Source of the DNA: Nannocystis bainbridge
GTDB lineage: Bacteria > Myxococcota_A > Polyangia > Nannocystales > Nannocystaceae
Length of the DNA: 64,000 bases
Assembly (NCBI RefSeq): GCF_028368995.1
Contig: NZ_JAQNDL010000004.1
Span: 608,001 to 672,000, forward strand
Direction of reading: 5' to 3'
Part shown: piece by piece, positions 54,714 to 63,073 of the stretch
Layout of the letters: each line of letters begins with the position of its first letter
Numbering within the stretch: position 1 is the first letter of the stretch
Position numbers and translations under genes: made by a program
Notes under the pieces: model-generated
What the model saw: the letters and a program-made list of their open reading frames with translations, nothing else
What the model was told of the DNA's origin: nothing
The model's database searches: none

Positions 54714-55128
54714 GGCGACCTCCTCGGGCGGCGGTTTGCGCGGCGCGCAGGGCCTCGATCCAGCGGCGCGCCTCGGCCTCGTCGCGCACGAACGCCATCT
54801 CCGTGGGCTTGCCGGTGACGAGCCGGATCGCCCGGAACATCAGTGTCGCCAGCGAGCGCATGGCGAAGCTGGCCCCGTAGACCCCGACGCCCGAGACGGA
54901 GTGTTGCTTGTGCCACTCGCCGACGTGCTTGCGCGCGTCGGTGGGGATGCCGTCCATGCGCGTCAAGTCGGCCAGCAAGTAGCAGCGACCCTTCTCGGCC
55001 ATGATGTCGGCCAGCATCCCGTGGACGGTGTGCGCGACCGCCAGGTCGAACGGGCCGCGGACCTTGATATGCGCGAGGTCCTGCTCGCGCATGATCTGCA
55101 GGTGCTCGCTCGCGCTCGTGGTCGCCAC
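54700..55128 (-). CDS. SpoIIAA-like / STAS-SEC14 small domain protein
   Basis: YLLADLTRM..I..DARK, GASFAMR and FVRDEAEARRWI pattern common in myxobacteria; overlaps the downstream STAS gene. Confidence 0.75.
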   Translation of the reverse strand: MATTSASEHLQIMREQDLAHIKVRGPFDLAVAHTVHGMLADIMAEKGRCYLLADLTRMDGIPTDARKHVGEWHKQHSVSGVGVYGASFAMRSLATLMFRAIRLVTGKPTEMAFVRDEAEARRWIEALRAAQTAARGGRHVHQ

Positions 55129-55308
55129 CGCGAATAGCGTATCACGGGCCCGCCTTCGAGGGTCACGGGGCGCGCGGGCGCGCGGGCGCGCAGGGCCGCC
55201 GGGGGCCTCCGTGGGGCCGCGAGGATGGGGTCCGCCATGGTGCGCTCCCGCGGGTGGGCCGGCCCCGAGGCGGCCTCACGGGGAGGCGGTGATTGTGCCA
55301 GTCGAGGC

Positions 55309-56421
55309 TCAGGCCCGCGGGCGCGCGCCGGACTGCAGGCGTTCGAGGGCCTGCAGCAGCCCGGCGTCGCCGGGCGCGGGGAGCTGGACGCGGAACTCGA
55401 GGTACAGGTCGCCGACCTCACCGCGCGGCCCGGGCACGCCCTGGCGACGCAGCCGCAGCTTGTGGTCGGGGGCGCAGGCCGGCGGGATCCGGACGCGCAC
55501 CGTGCCGCGCGGCGTGACGACCTCGACGGCGTCGCCGCGGTAGAGCTCGAGCAGGGTGACGGCGACGGCGAGGTTCAGGTCGAGGCCGCGGCGGGTGAGG
55601 CCGGGCTCGGGGGCGACGCGAATGGTGACGCGCAGGTCGCCGGGCGGGCTGCCGGGTTCACCCTGGCCCGGCAGGCGGACCACCGCGCCGTCGCTCGTGC
55701 CGGCCGGCACCGCCACGTCGACGATCCGGCCGCCGACGCGCACCTGCGCGGTGCAGCCGACGACGGCGCGAGCCAGCGGGACCGTCACCTCGGCGCGGGC
55801 GTCTCGACCCATGCCTTCGTCGTCTTCGAGATCGTCGGACGCGTCGTCGTCGAGGTCGTCGTCGTCGTCATCGAGGTCGTCGTCGAGGTCGTCGTCGTCA
55901 TCATCGTCGAGGTCGTCGTCGTCGAGGTCGTCGTCGCCGGTCTCGTTGATTTTGTCGTCGATGTTCGCGTGTGCGTCGGCGCTGTCGTCGAGGCGGACCT
56001 CGCGGCCGCGCCAGATCCGCGCCAGGATGTCGTCGAAGACCGTGCGCCGGGCGTGCTTGAGGTCGTCGAACTCGAGGTCGCCGCCGCTCGCGGGCGGGGT
56101 GTGCTCGGCCGAGTCCCGGCGGGGGGCGGCCCACGGCGGGCCTGGCGGGCCGTCGTGGGGGCGCGAGCGGGCGGCGCGGGCTCGCTGCGGGTCGAAGCCG
56201 CGGGTCAGCGACAGCTCGCCGAACTCGTCGTAGAGGGCGCGCGTGCGGTCGTCGCCGAGGATCGTGTAGGCGTCGACGATCTCGCGGTAGAGCTCCTCGC
56301 TCCACGACCGGCCGCCGTTCACGTCGGGGTGGAAGCGGCGCGTCCGCTCGCGGTAGGCCCGCTTGATCGCGCGCGCATCGGCGTGGCGATCGATCCCGAG
56401 GACGACGTACAGGTCGCGCAT
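55309..56421 (-). CDS. DnaJ class II / CbpA-like co-chaperone with poly-Asp linker
   Basis: DLYVVLG...IKRAYR...FHPDVN J-domain, RALYDEFG, and DnaJ_C (RLPGQGEPG..PGDL, RLRRQGVP...GDLY); no zinc finger. Confidence 0.88.
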   Translation of the reverse strand: MRDLYVVLGIDRHADARAIKRAYRERTRRFHPDVNGGRSWSEELYREIVDAYTILGDDRTRALYDEFGELSLTRGFDPQRARAARSRPHDGPPGPPWAAPRRDSAEHTPPASGGDLEFDDLKHARRTVFDDILARIWRGREVRLDDSADAHANIDDKINETGDDDLDDDDLDDDDDDDLDDDLDDDDDDLDDDASDDLEDDEGMGRDARAEVTVPLARAVVGCTAQVRVGGRIVDVAVPAGTSDGAVVRLPGQGEPGSPPGDLRVTIRVAPEPGLTRRGLDLNLAVAVTLLELYRGDAVEVVTPRGTVRVRIPPACAPDHKLRLRRQGVPGPRGEVGDLYLEFRVQLPAPGDAGLLQALERLQSGARPRA

Positions 56422-56478
56422 CCGATCATGATAGCGCGGCGGGCGACCCGAGGCGAGCCCCCGCGGGTGGTTTCGACA

Positions 56479-56528
56479 TGTCCCCGGGGACATGTCGACA
56501 TGGCGGGAAGTGCATGTCCCGAGGGACA
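56479..56528. repeat. Cluster of 14-bp units
   Basis: TGTCCCCGGGGACA (perfect)/TGTCGACA (8-bp short unit)/TGGCGGGAAGTGCA/TGTCCCGAGGGACA. Confidence 0.8.
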
Positions 56529-56544
56529 GGCTATTCCCGCGACG

Positions 56545-57459
56545 TCACACCGGCGAGGCCAGGCCGCCGGTCTCCCGCAGGCGCCGCAGGTCGCGCGCCG
56601 GCGGGTCGCCGAACAGCCGGGTGTACTCGCGGCTGAACTGCGAGGCGCTCTCGTAGCCGACCCGGAAGGCCGCGCTGGTGGCGTCGAGCGCCTCGCTGAA
56701 CATCAACCGGCGGGCCTCCTGCAGCCGCAGCTGCTTCTGGTATTGCAGCGGGCTCATGGCGGTGACGGCCTTGAAGTGGTGGTGCAGCGAGGACGCGCTC
56801 ATGTGCAGCTCGCGGGCGAACTCGTCGATGCGCAGCGGCTCGGCGTAGTGCTGCTTGAGCCAGTCGATCGCGCGGGCGATCCGGCGCGCCTGGCCGTCGC
56901 CGGCGGCGATCTGGCGCAGCCGCCAGCCCTCGTCGCTCTTGAGCAGGCGGTAGGTCAGCTCGCGCACGGCCAGCGGCGCGAGCACGGCGATGTCCTCGGG
57001 CACGTCGAGCAGGCGCACCAGCCGGAGCACGGCGTCGAGCATCGCCGGGGTCATGGCGCTGAGGTAGAGGCCGCGACCCGGGCGCGGCTGGGCCGGCGGC
57101 GGCGGGCCGAGCTCGAGCAGCAGCTGCGCGAGCTCGGCGGGGTCGAGGTCGAGGCGCAGGCACAGGTACGGCGCGGCCGGGCTGGCCTCGACGACCTGGC
57201 CGGTGACCGGCAGATCGACCGTCACGACCAGGAAGCGCGAGGCGTCGTAGACGTGGACCTCGTCGGCCAGGTGCACGCGCTTGGTGCCCTGGGCGACCAC
57301 ACACAGCGCGGGCTCGTGCAGGAGGACCAGCGGCTCGCCGGGCCGCGCGGCGCGGATCAGCGACACGCGCGGGAGAGCGGTCGCGTGCACGCCGTCGCCA
57401 GGGGTGTGTCGCTGCAGATGAGCGGCCAGCTCGGCGGCCGCGGGCGCAGTCGTCGCCAT
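56545..57459 (-). CDS. AraC family transcriptional regulator (YqhC-like)
   Basis: PALCVVAQGTK, MSASSLHHHFKAVTAMSPLQYQKQLRLQEAR and VGYESASQFSREY; divergent from an SDR gene. Confidence 0.95.
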   Translation of the reverse strand: MATTAPAAAELAAHLQRHTPGDGVHATALPRVSLIRAARPGEPLVLLHEPALCVVAQGTKRVHLADEVHVYDASRFLVVTVDLPVTGQVVEASPAAPYLCLRLDLDPAELAQLLLELGPPPPAQPRPGRGLYLSAMTPAMLDAVLRLVRLLDVPEDIAVLAPLAVRELTYRLLKSDEGWRLRQIAAGDGQARRIARAIDWLKQHYAEPLRIDEFARELHMSASSLHHHFKAVTAMSPLQYQKQLRLQEARRLMFSEALDATSAAFRVGYESASQFSREYTRLFGDPPARDLRRLRETGGLASPV

Positions 57460-57634
57460 CGACCGAGCGTACTCGTGGGCCTCGTGGGCGGCAAGGAGAG
57501 GCCGCCGTGGCGCCGCGGAGGATCGGGCAAGAGCCGGCGAGGAACTGGCTAACGCGGCCGTGGGCCCGCGTTTACGGTGTCTGCGTACCCGGCTCGCCCG
57601 CGGTGGGCGGCCGACAGAACGCAGGAGAATCATC

Positions 57635-58372
57635 ATGTCCGGAGTCGAGAACAAGGTCGTACTGATCACGGGCGCCAGCAGCGGCATCGGCGAGGCGACG
57701 GCCCGCCTGCTGGCCAGGCAAGGGGCCCGCGTGGTGCTCGGGGCGCGCCGCACCGAGCGGCTGGCGGCGCTCGCCGACGAGATCGCGGGCGACGGCGGAC
57801 AGGTCCGCTACCGCCAGCTCGACGTGACGCGCCGCGAAGACGTGGCGGCGTTCGTGGCGTTCGCGGTGGCGACGTTCGGCGGGATCGACGTGGTCGTCAA
57901 CAACGCGGGGGTGATGCCGCTGTCGAACCTCGAGGCGCTGAAGGTCGACGAGTGGGACCGCATGATCGACGTCAACATCCGCGGGGTGCTGCACGGGATC
58001 GCGGCGGCGCTGCCGGTGATGCAGCAGCAGAAGCGCGGGCAGTTCATCAACATCTCGTCGATCGGCGGCCACTACGTGGTGCCGACGGCGGCGGTGTACT
58101 GCGCGACCAAATTCGCGGTGCGGGCGATCTCGGACGGGCTGCGGCAGGAGGTCGGGGATGGCATCCGCGTCACCGTCATCTCGCCGGGGGTCACCGAGTC
58201 GGAGCTGGCCGACACCATCTCCGACCCGGCCTCGCGCGAGGGGATGAAGCAATTCCGCAAGGTCGCCATCCCGGCGGCCGCCATCGCCCGCGCGATCCAG
58301 TTCGCCATCGAGCAGCCGCCGGAGGTCGACGTCAGCGAGATGATCGTGCGACCCACGGCGAGCCCGCACTGA
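57635..58372 (+). CDS. Short-chain dehydrogenase/reductase
   Basis: ITGASSGIG, NNAG and YCATK; GGAG RBS. Confidence 0.95.
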   Translation: MSGVENKVVLITGASSGIGEATARLLARQGARVVLGARRTERLAALADEIAGDGGQVRYRQLDVTRREDVAAFVAFAVATFGGIDVVVNNAGVMPLSNLEALKVDEWDRMIDVNIRGVLHGIAAALPVMQQQKRGQFINISSIGGHYVVPTAAVYCATKFAVRAISDGLRQEVGDGIRVTVISPGVTESELADTISDPASREGMKQFRKVAIPAAAIARAIQFAIEQPPEVDVSEMIVRPTASPH

Positions 58373-58555
58373 GGGCGGTCGATCGTGGGGCGTGAACGTC
58401 CGCGCGCTCGCGTCGATGCTGCCGCGCGGCTGCGGGCGGGGCGGGGGCCGCGGCGTGGTGGCGTCGCGGGGCTCGCCGCGGCGTGGCGCAGGTCCGGCGC
58501 GGCTCGAAGGGCGGCGCCGGGCGGACGGGCCCCGCGGTGCCATGGAGGCCGCGCC

Positions 58556-58906
58556 ATGCCCTACGTCGTCCGCATGACCCCCCTGCGCCGATCGATCGGC
58601 GCGTTGCTCGAATTCGTGGCGGCGATCCGCGGGCCGCGGCGCGCCGAGACCACCGCGTTCTTCCGCCGCTACGGGGTGCGCCACGAATCGTGGCACCTGC
58701 AGGACACGGGGCGCGGTCTGGAGGTGCTGGTGGTGACGCTGATCGACGCGCCGGCCGCGGCGGCGGACGCCTACGCGGCCAGCACCGGCGACTTCGAGCT
58801 GTGGTTCAAGGCGCAGGTGCTCGATCTGTCGGGCAACGATCCCAACGAATCACCGCTCGGCCCGCCGACGCTCGAGGTGTTCGCCTGGGACGAGGACGAG
58901 GGCTGA
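58556..58906 (+). CDS. Hypothetical protein (probable dimeric alpha/beta barrel)
   Basis: GGAGG RBS, GC3 bias and GVRHESWHLQ...FELWFK. Confidence 0.65.
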   Translation: MPYVVRMTPLRRSIGALLEFVAAIRGPRRAETTAFFRRYGVRHESWHLQDTGRGLEVLVVTLIDAPAAAADAYAASTGDFELWFKAQVLDLSGNDPNESPLGPPTLEVFAWDEDEG

Positions 58907-58935
58907 GCGGCGGCCGATGGGGCAATGATTATAGA

Positions 58936-58980
58936 TGTCTCGATGGACATGTCCCTTCGGACATTGATAGGACATGCCCG
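58936..58980. repeat. Cluster of 14-bp units between convergent genes
   Basis: TGTCTCGATGGACA/TGTCCCTTCGGACA, then TTGATAGGACA/TGCCCG. Confidence 0.8.
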
Positions 58981-58998
58981 GAGCGGGAGGCGCGGGCC

Positions 58999-59607
58999 TC
59001 AGAACGCGAAGCCGAGGCTCGCCCCGTAGCTGCGAAGCTGCGGATCGTGGAGCGGCCCGATCCCTCGCCAGCGCAGGCGAGCCCCGGGTCGCAGGGCCAG
59101 GCCGGCCTGGATCTCGCGGAGGCGGCGCAATTGGGACCCGCGCACGCCCAGCAGCACCGCGCCGGTGACGATGGCCGCGCCACCGATCCCGGCCATCACC
59201 AGCGCCACGTCGCCGCCCTCGCCGAGGGTGAGGCCGATGTAGAGGCCGACGCCGAGCGGGGCGAAGCCGACGCCGAGCAGGGTGCCGCCGAGCTTGAGCC
59301 GGCGGCGATAGCGATCGTCGATGAACCGGGCGAAGCTCTGCACCCGGCTGTCGTCGTCGTCGTCCCCGTCGGCGCGGTCCTCGGCGCGGTCCTTCTCGTC
59401 GCCCTGATAATCGTCCCAGTACCGGCTCATGTCCTGGCCCAGTTCCACGCCGAGGCGGTCGGCGTATTGCCGCTCGGCCTCGAAATAGCGGGCGAGGGCG
59501 ACGCCGTCGTCGACGGGCGCGGGCGCGGGTGCGACGGCCGGCTGCGGCCCCTCGGGCGCGGGCGGGCCCTGGAGCTGCATCACGAGCAACAATAGGCGGT
59601 AATCCAT
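58999..59607 (-). CDS. Hypothetical exported/membrane protein
   Basis: Two Gly-rich hydrophobic helices and C-terminal YGASLGFAF; start uncertain. Confidence 0.6.
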   Translation of the reverse strand: MDYRLLLLVMQLQGPPAPEGPQPAVAPAPAPVDDGVALARYFEAERQYADRLGVELGQDMSRYWDDYQGDEKDRAEDRADGDDDDDSRVQSFARFIDDRYRRRLKLGGTLLGVGFAPLGVGLYIGLTLGEGGDVALVMAGIGGAAIVTGAVLLGVRGSQLRRLREIQAGLALRPGARLRWRGIGPLHDPQLRSYGASLGFAF

Positions 59608-59722
59608 GGCCGAGAGCATGCACGAGGTCGCGCCAGGGCGCGAGTGCGGGCTCGCCGCGACGCTGACCGCGTACCTGCTCGCGTGAGCCGGCGGCCGGCT
59701 CACGTATGCGTAGGCCCGCGCG

Positions 59723-61801
59723 TCAGTCCGGATCGCAGGCGCCGTCGCAGAAGGTCTCGACGATGCCCTCGCGGAAGAACTTGTCCATCGACGCGTTGGC
59801 GGCGGCGAGCTTGCGCGGGCCGCCGTGCGGGTCCTCGCCCTCGCGCATCGGCACGTTGAAGACCGGCTCCGGCGGCAGGCCGAAGTCGAACTCGACCATC
59901 GCCGAGCCGGCGTGGCTGCCCTCGACCTCCTCGAGGCCCCAGATCGAGCGATTGACGGGGCCCATGTTGGCGACGTCGCCGATGGCGCGGGCCATGAGGT
60001 GAGCGCCGAGCGTGGTGACCTGGTGGTCGGCGATGGCGACGTTGAGCAGGACGTCGTGGGCGGGGGTGTTCGGCAGCGGCTGGCGGATGTGGTGGCTGTA
60101 GCCGCTCGGCTCGGAGCGCTCCCACAGCATCTGCACCAGGCCGAGCACGACCTGGATGTCGATCGGGTCGGGGTAGGCGCCCTTGACGACGGCGAAGAAG
60201 TTGTCGAAGTCGACGCTGCGGTTGAGCAGGAGGTTGTACGGCTGGCCGGGCACGCCGAGCATGCCGCGGGTGACGTCGACCTGTACCGCCATCAGCGTGG
60301 CGCCGAAGATGCCGCCCTGGCTGTTGCCGAAGTAATAGGCGGACTCGGTGTCGAACATCGCCGGCTCGCCCTGGAAGGTCAGCGCCGGGTCGGTCGCGAA
60401 ATCGCCGAGCATCATGCGCGTGGCGAGCATGAAGTTGAGGATGCCCTGCTGGCCGCGGTCGGGCACCGCCGCGAATTGATGGAGGTTGCCGCCGAGCGCG
60501 CCGACGATGGTGACGAGGTCGTCCTCGGCCATGCCGACCCAATCGACGGCGAACAGGATGTAGTTGTAGTCCTCGGCGAACTGGCGGAAATGGCTGGCCT
60601 TGACCTGATCGCGGCTGCCGAGCAGGCCGTGGCCGTAGGCGACCGGGGCCGAGGGGGCCGTGAAGGCGCTGTACGGGATGAGGACGGTGAAGGGGTAGGT
60701 GGCGGTGCCGTTTTGCGTCGGCAGGCCGGCGTCGTCGAGGATCATGCGGCCGCCCGACTCGGGCTTGTCGAGGTAGAGCGGGACGGTCATCTCGCCCTCG
60801 ACGCACAGGGCGATGAGATCGTCGCAGTTCTCGACGACCGACGTGATCTCGTAGGCGGGCCCGGCAGCGCCGACCTGCGCCAGGGCGTCGTCGCGGATGT
60901 GCAGCAGGCGCTCGGTGGTGTTCTCGGTGCTGCTGACGGTGTAGTCCCACGCGACCTGCAGCTCGTCGCGGACCACGCCGACGGCCTCGAGGCGCGCGAA
61001 GATGTCGGCGTAGAGCGGGCGGCGGGCGTCGACCGAGGGGTCGTCGGCGAACGGGGTCAGGTCGCGCAGGGCGGCGAAGGCCGGCGAGGCGGGCAGCGGC
61101 TGGCCGCCGGCGTCGACGACGTTGCGCACGGCGTAGATCAGGCGGGCGCCGTCGCGCGGGCGCGTGACCGGGCGGATGAGCAGGGTGCGGCGCGCGTCGT
61201 CGCCGTGCGACATGTCGAGCTCGGTGAAGTGCGGCACGAGCTCGCCGGTGTCGACATCGAGGATGATGGTCGGGCTGTCGGGGGTGACGGAGATCTCGAT
61301 GCTCCACGGATCCGGCAGGCCGGTAATGGTGGCACCCGGCATGTGCACCATCCCGGGCAGGCCGCCCGAGAAGCCGTCGAGCTCGGCGAACACGTCGGTC
61401 TCGGGCCAGATCCCGCCGGTCGACTTGGGCAGCGATTGTTGCGGGAGGGCGACGCGGCGGCCGGTCGGGGTCGAATCATCGGCCTCGGTATAGACATTGC
61501 TCGGGAACGGGAACAGGCAATAATGGGGGTCGAGCGGGTCGCACTCGAGGGTCGGCCAGTCGACGACCGGGTCGGGCTCGGGCAACACGTTACCGGTGGT
61601 GTCGGTGGTGTCGCTGGTGTCGGTGCCCGAGGTGCTGGTGGTCGGGGCGGTGGAGCCGGTCGGCGTCTCGTCGGTGGTGGCGGCCGACCCCGTGGAGGTG
61701 CCGTCGGACGCGGACTCGCTGGCAGAATCGCCGCAGGCGCCGGTGAGGGCTGTGAGGGTCAGAGCGGCGAAGGTGGCTGCGAGCGGGCTTTTCCGGATCA
61801 C
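59723..61801 (-). CDS. Lipoprotein alpha/beta hydrolase (lipase-like)
   Basis: Lipobox ALTGAC, Thr-rich linker, PFPSN and LDGFS N-terminal motifs, YGHGLLG, nucleophile elbow GNSQGG, and candidate Asp (ADHQV) and His (DPHG). Confidence 0.8.
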   Translation of the reverse strand: MIRKSPLAATFAALTLTALTGACGDSASESASDGTSTGSAATTDETPTGSTAPTTSTSGTDTSDTTDTTGNVLPEPDPVVDWPTLECDPLDPHYCLFPFPSNVYTEADDSTPTGRRVALPQQSLPKSTGGIWPETDVFAELDGFSGGLPGMVHMPGATITGLPDPWSIEISVTPDSPTIILDVDTGELVPHFTELDMSHGDDARRTLLIRPVTRPRDGARLIYAVRNVVDAGGQPLPASPAFAALRDLTPFADDPSVDARRPLYADIFARLEAVGVVRDELQVAWDYTVSSTENTTERLLHIRDDALAQVGAAGPAYEITSVVENCDDLIALCVEGEMTVPLYLDKPESGGRMILDDAGLPTQNGTATYPFTVLIPYSAFTAPSAPVAYGHGLLGSRDQVKASHFRQFAEDYNYILFAVDWVGMAEDDLVTIVGALGGNLHQFAAVPDRGQQGILNFMLATRMMLGDFATDPALTFQGEPAMFDTESAYYFGNSQGGIFGATLMAVQVDVTRGMLGVPGQPYNLLLNRSVDFDNFFAVVKGAYPDPIDIQVVLGLVQMLWERSEPSGYSHHIRQPLPNTPAHDVLLNVAIADHQVTTLGAHLMARAIGDVANMGPVNRSIWGLEEVEGSHAGSAMVEFDFGLPPEPVFNVPMREGEDPHGGPRKLAAANASMDKFFREGIVETFCDGACDPD

Positions 61802-61957
61802 GCTTAAAGTCTCCCTCGTTCGGTCTTATCACAGCCCGCCGCAGGCCCCCGGGCGCGCCGGCGTGCGCTGACCCGGAGGCGTGACACCGCTGTGATTGCC
61901 GTGCGCTTCCGCGCGAGCCGGGCCGCGAGCCGCGAGCCGTGAATTGCGAGTCGGCGA

Positions 61958-63034
61958 TCAGGGGGCAGGCCGGCGCTGCCAGGGGGTCGTGACCGCGGCC
62001 AGCTCGGCGAACGAGATCCCCCAGGCTTTTGTGGCGTCGAGGGCGGCCGCGCGGCGCTGCAGGTCCTCGGGGGCCAGGGGCTCGTCCTGCGCCAATGCGA
62101 GGACGATCCATTCGTTGCTGCCGGGGCGGCGGACCACGTGGACCTGGGGGAACACCTCGGCGATGGCGTTCACGTGGACGTCGTAGCCGGTCAAATGGTG
62201 GATGTTGAAGGCCGCGGCGCCGCCGGGGCTGAGGCGCTGCTTGACGCGGCGGAGAAACCCGAGGCCGCGCAATTCCTCGGGCACGCCGGCGTTGTCGGTG
62301 CCAGGGGCGCCGGGGTCGAGGAAGGCGTCGAGCCAGATGATGTCGTAGGTGGGGCCCTCGCCGGCGATGAAGCGCACGGCGTCGTCGGTGAAGATGCCGA
62401 GGCGCGGGCCCGGGACCACGCCGAACCACTCGGCGGCCAGGCGCACGACCTCCGGGTCGATCTCGACGGCGTCGATGTGGGCCGCGGGCAGGCGCGAGTG
62501 GAACCAGCGGACCAGGGTGCCGCCGCCGAGGCCGACGACGAGCAGGCGCCGCGGAGCGTCGACGACCATGAAGGGCGCGGCCATGGCCTCGGCGTAGGCG
62601 TGGGCGGGCACGTCGGGGTCGGTGAGGTCGATGATGGTCTGCACCCACTCGTCGCCGCGCTTGCGCACGAACCCGAGGGTGCGCTTGGTGCCCTGCTGTT
62701 GCACGCGGATCTTCGAGAACGGCGAGGTCGCCTCGGCGAGCAGCTTGCGCCCGCGGACGCGCTCGGGCGCGACCGGGGCCGGCAAGGCGACGGCGGCGGG
62801 GGCGGCCACGGTCGGGGGGCTGGCGACCGGCGCCTCCTCGGCGGCGGGGCGATTGCATGCACCTGTCCCCGGGGACAGGGAGAGGACGGCGAGCAGGGAC
62901 GCGAGCGGGCCGCGGTGGACCGGCCGAGATGGACTTTGGTTGTCTGTCCCTCGGGACAGGTCGTGCCGATCACGAACGACGCGCGCGCCGGGGCGACGCG
63001 CGGGCGGAGAGGAGGGGTCGTCGAGGTCGCGCAC
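61958..63034 (-). CDS. Spermidine synthase-like SAM-dependent methyltransferase, probably exported
   Basis: LVVGLGGG, DAVEIDPEV, DAVRFI and YDIIWLDAF. The true start is uncertain and probably downstream of 63034. Confidence 0.8.
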   Translation of the reverse strand: MRDLDDPSSPPARRPGARVVRDRHDLSRGTDNQSPSRPVHRGPLASLLAVLSLSPGTGACNRPAAEEAPVASPPTVAAPAAVALPAPVAPERVRGRKLLAEATSPFSKIRVQQQGTKRTLGFVRKRGDEWVQTIIDLTDPDVPAHAYAEAMAAPFMVVDAPRRLLVVGLGGGTLVRWFHSRLPAAHIDAVEIDPEVVRLAAEWFGVVPGPRLGIFTDDAVRFIAGEGPTYDIIWLDAFLDPGAPGTDNAGVPEELRGLGFLRRVKQRLSPGGAAAFNIHHLTGYDVHVNAIAEVFPQVHVVRRPGSNEWIVLALAQDEPLAPEDLQRRAAALDATKAWGISFAELAAVTTPWQRRPAP

Positions 63035-63073
63035 GCGCGGATGGTAGCATCCGCGCGGGCCGGAGCGTCCGCT

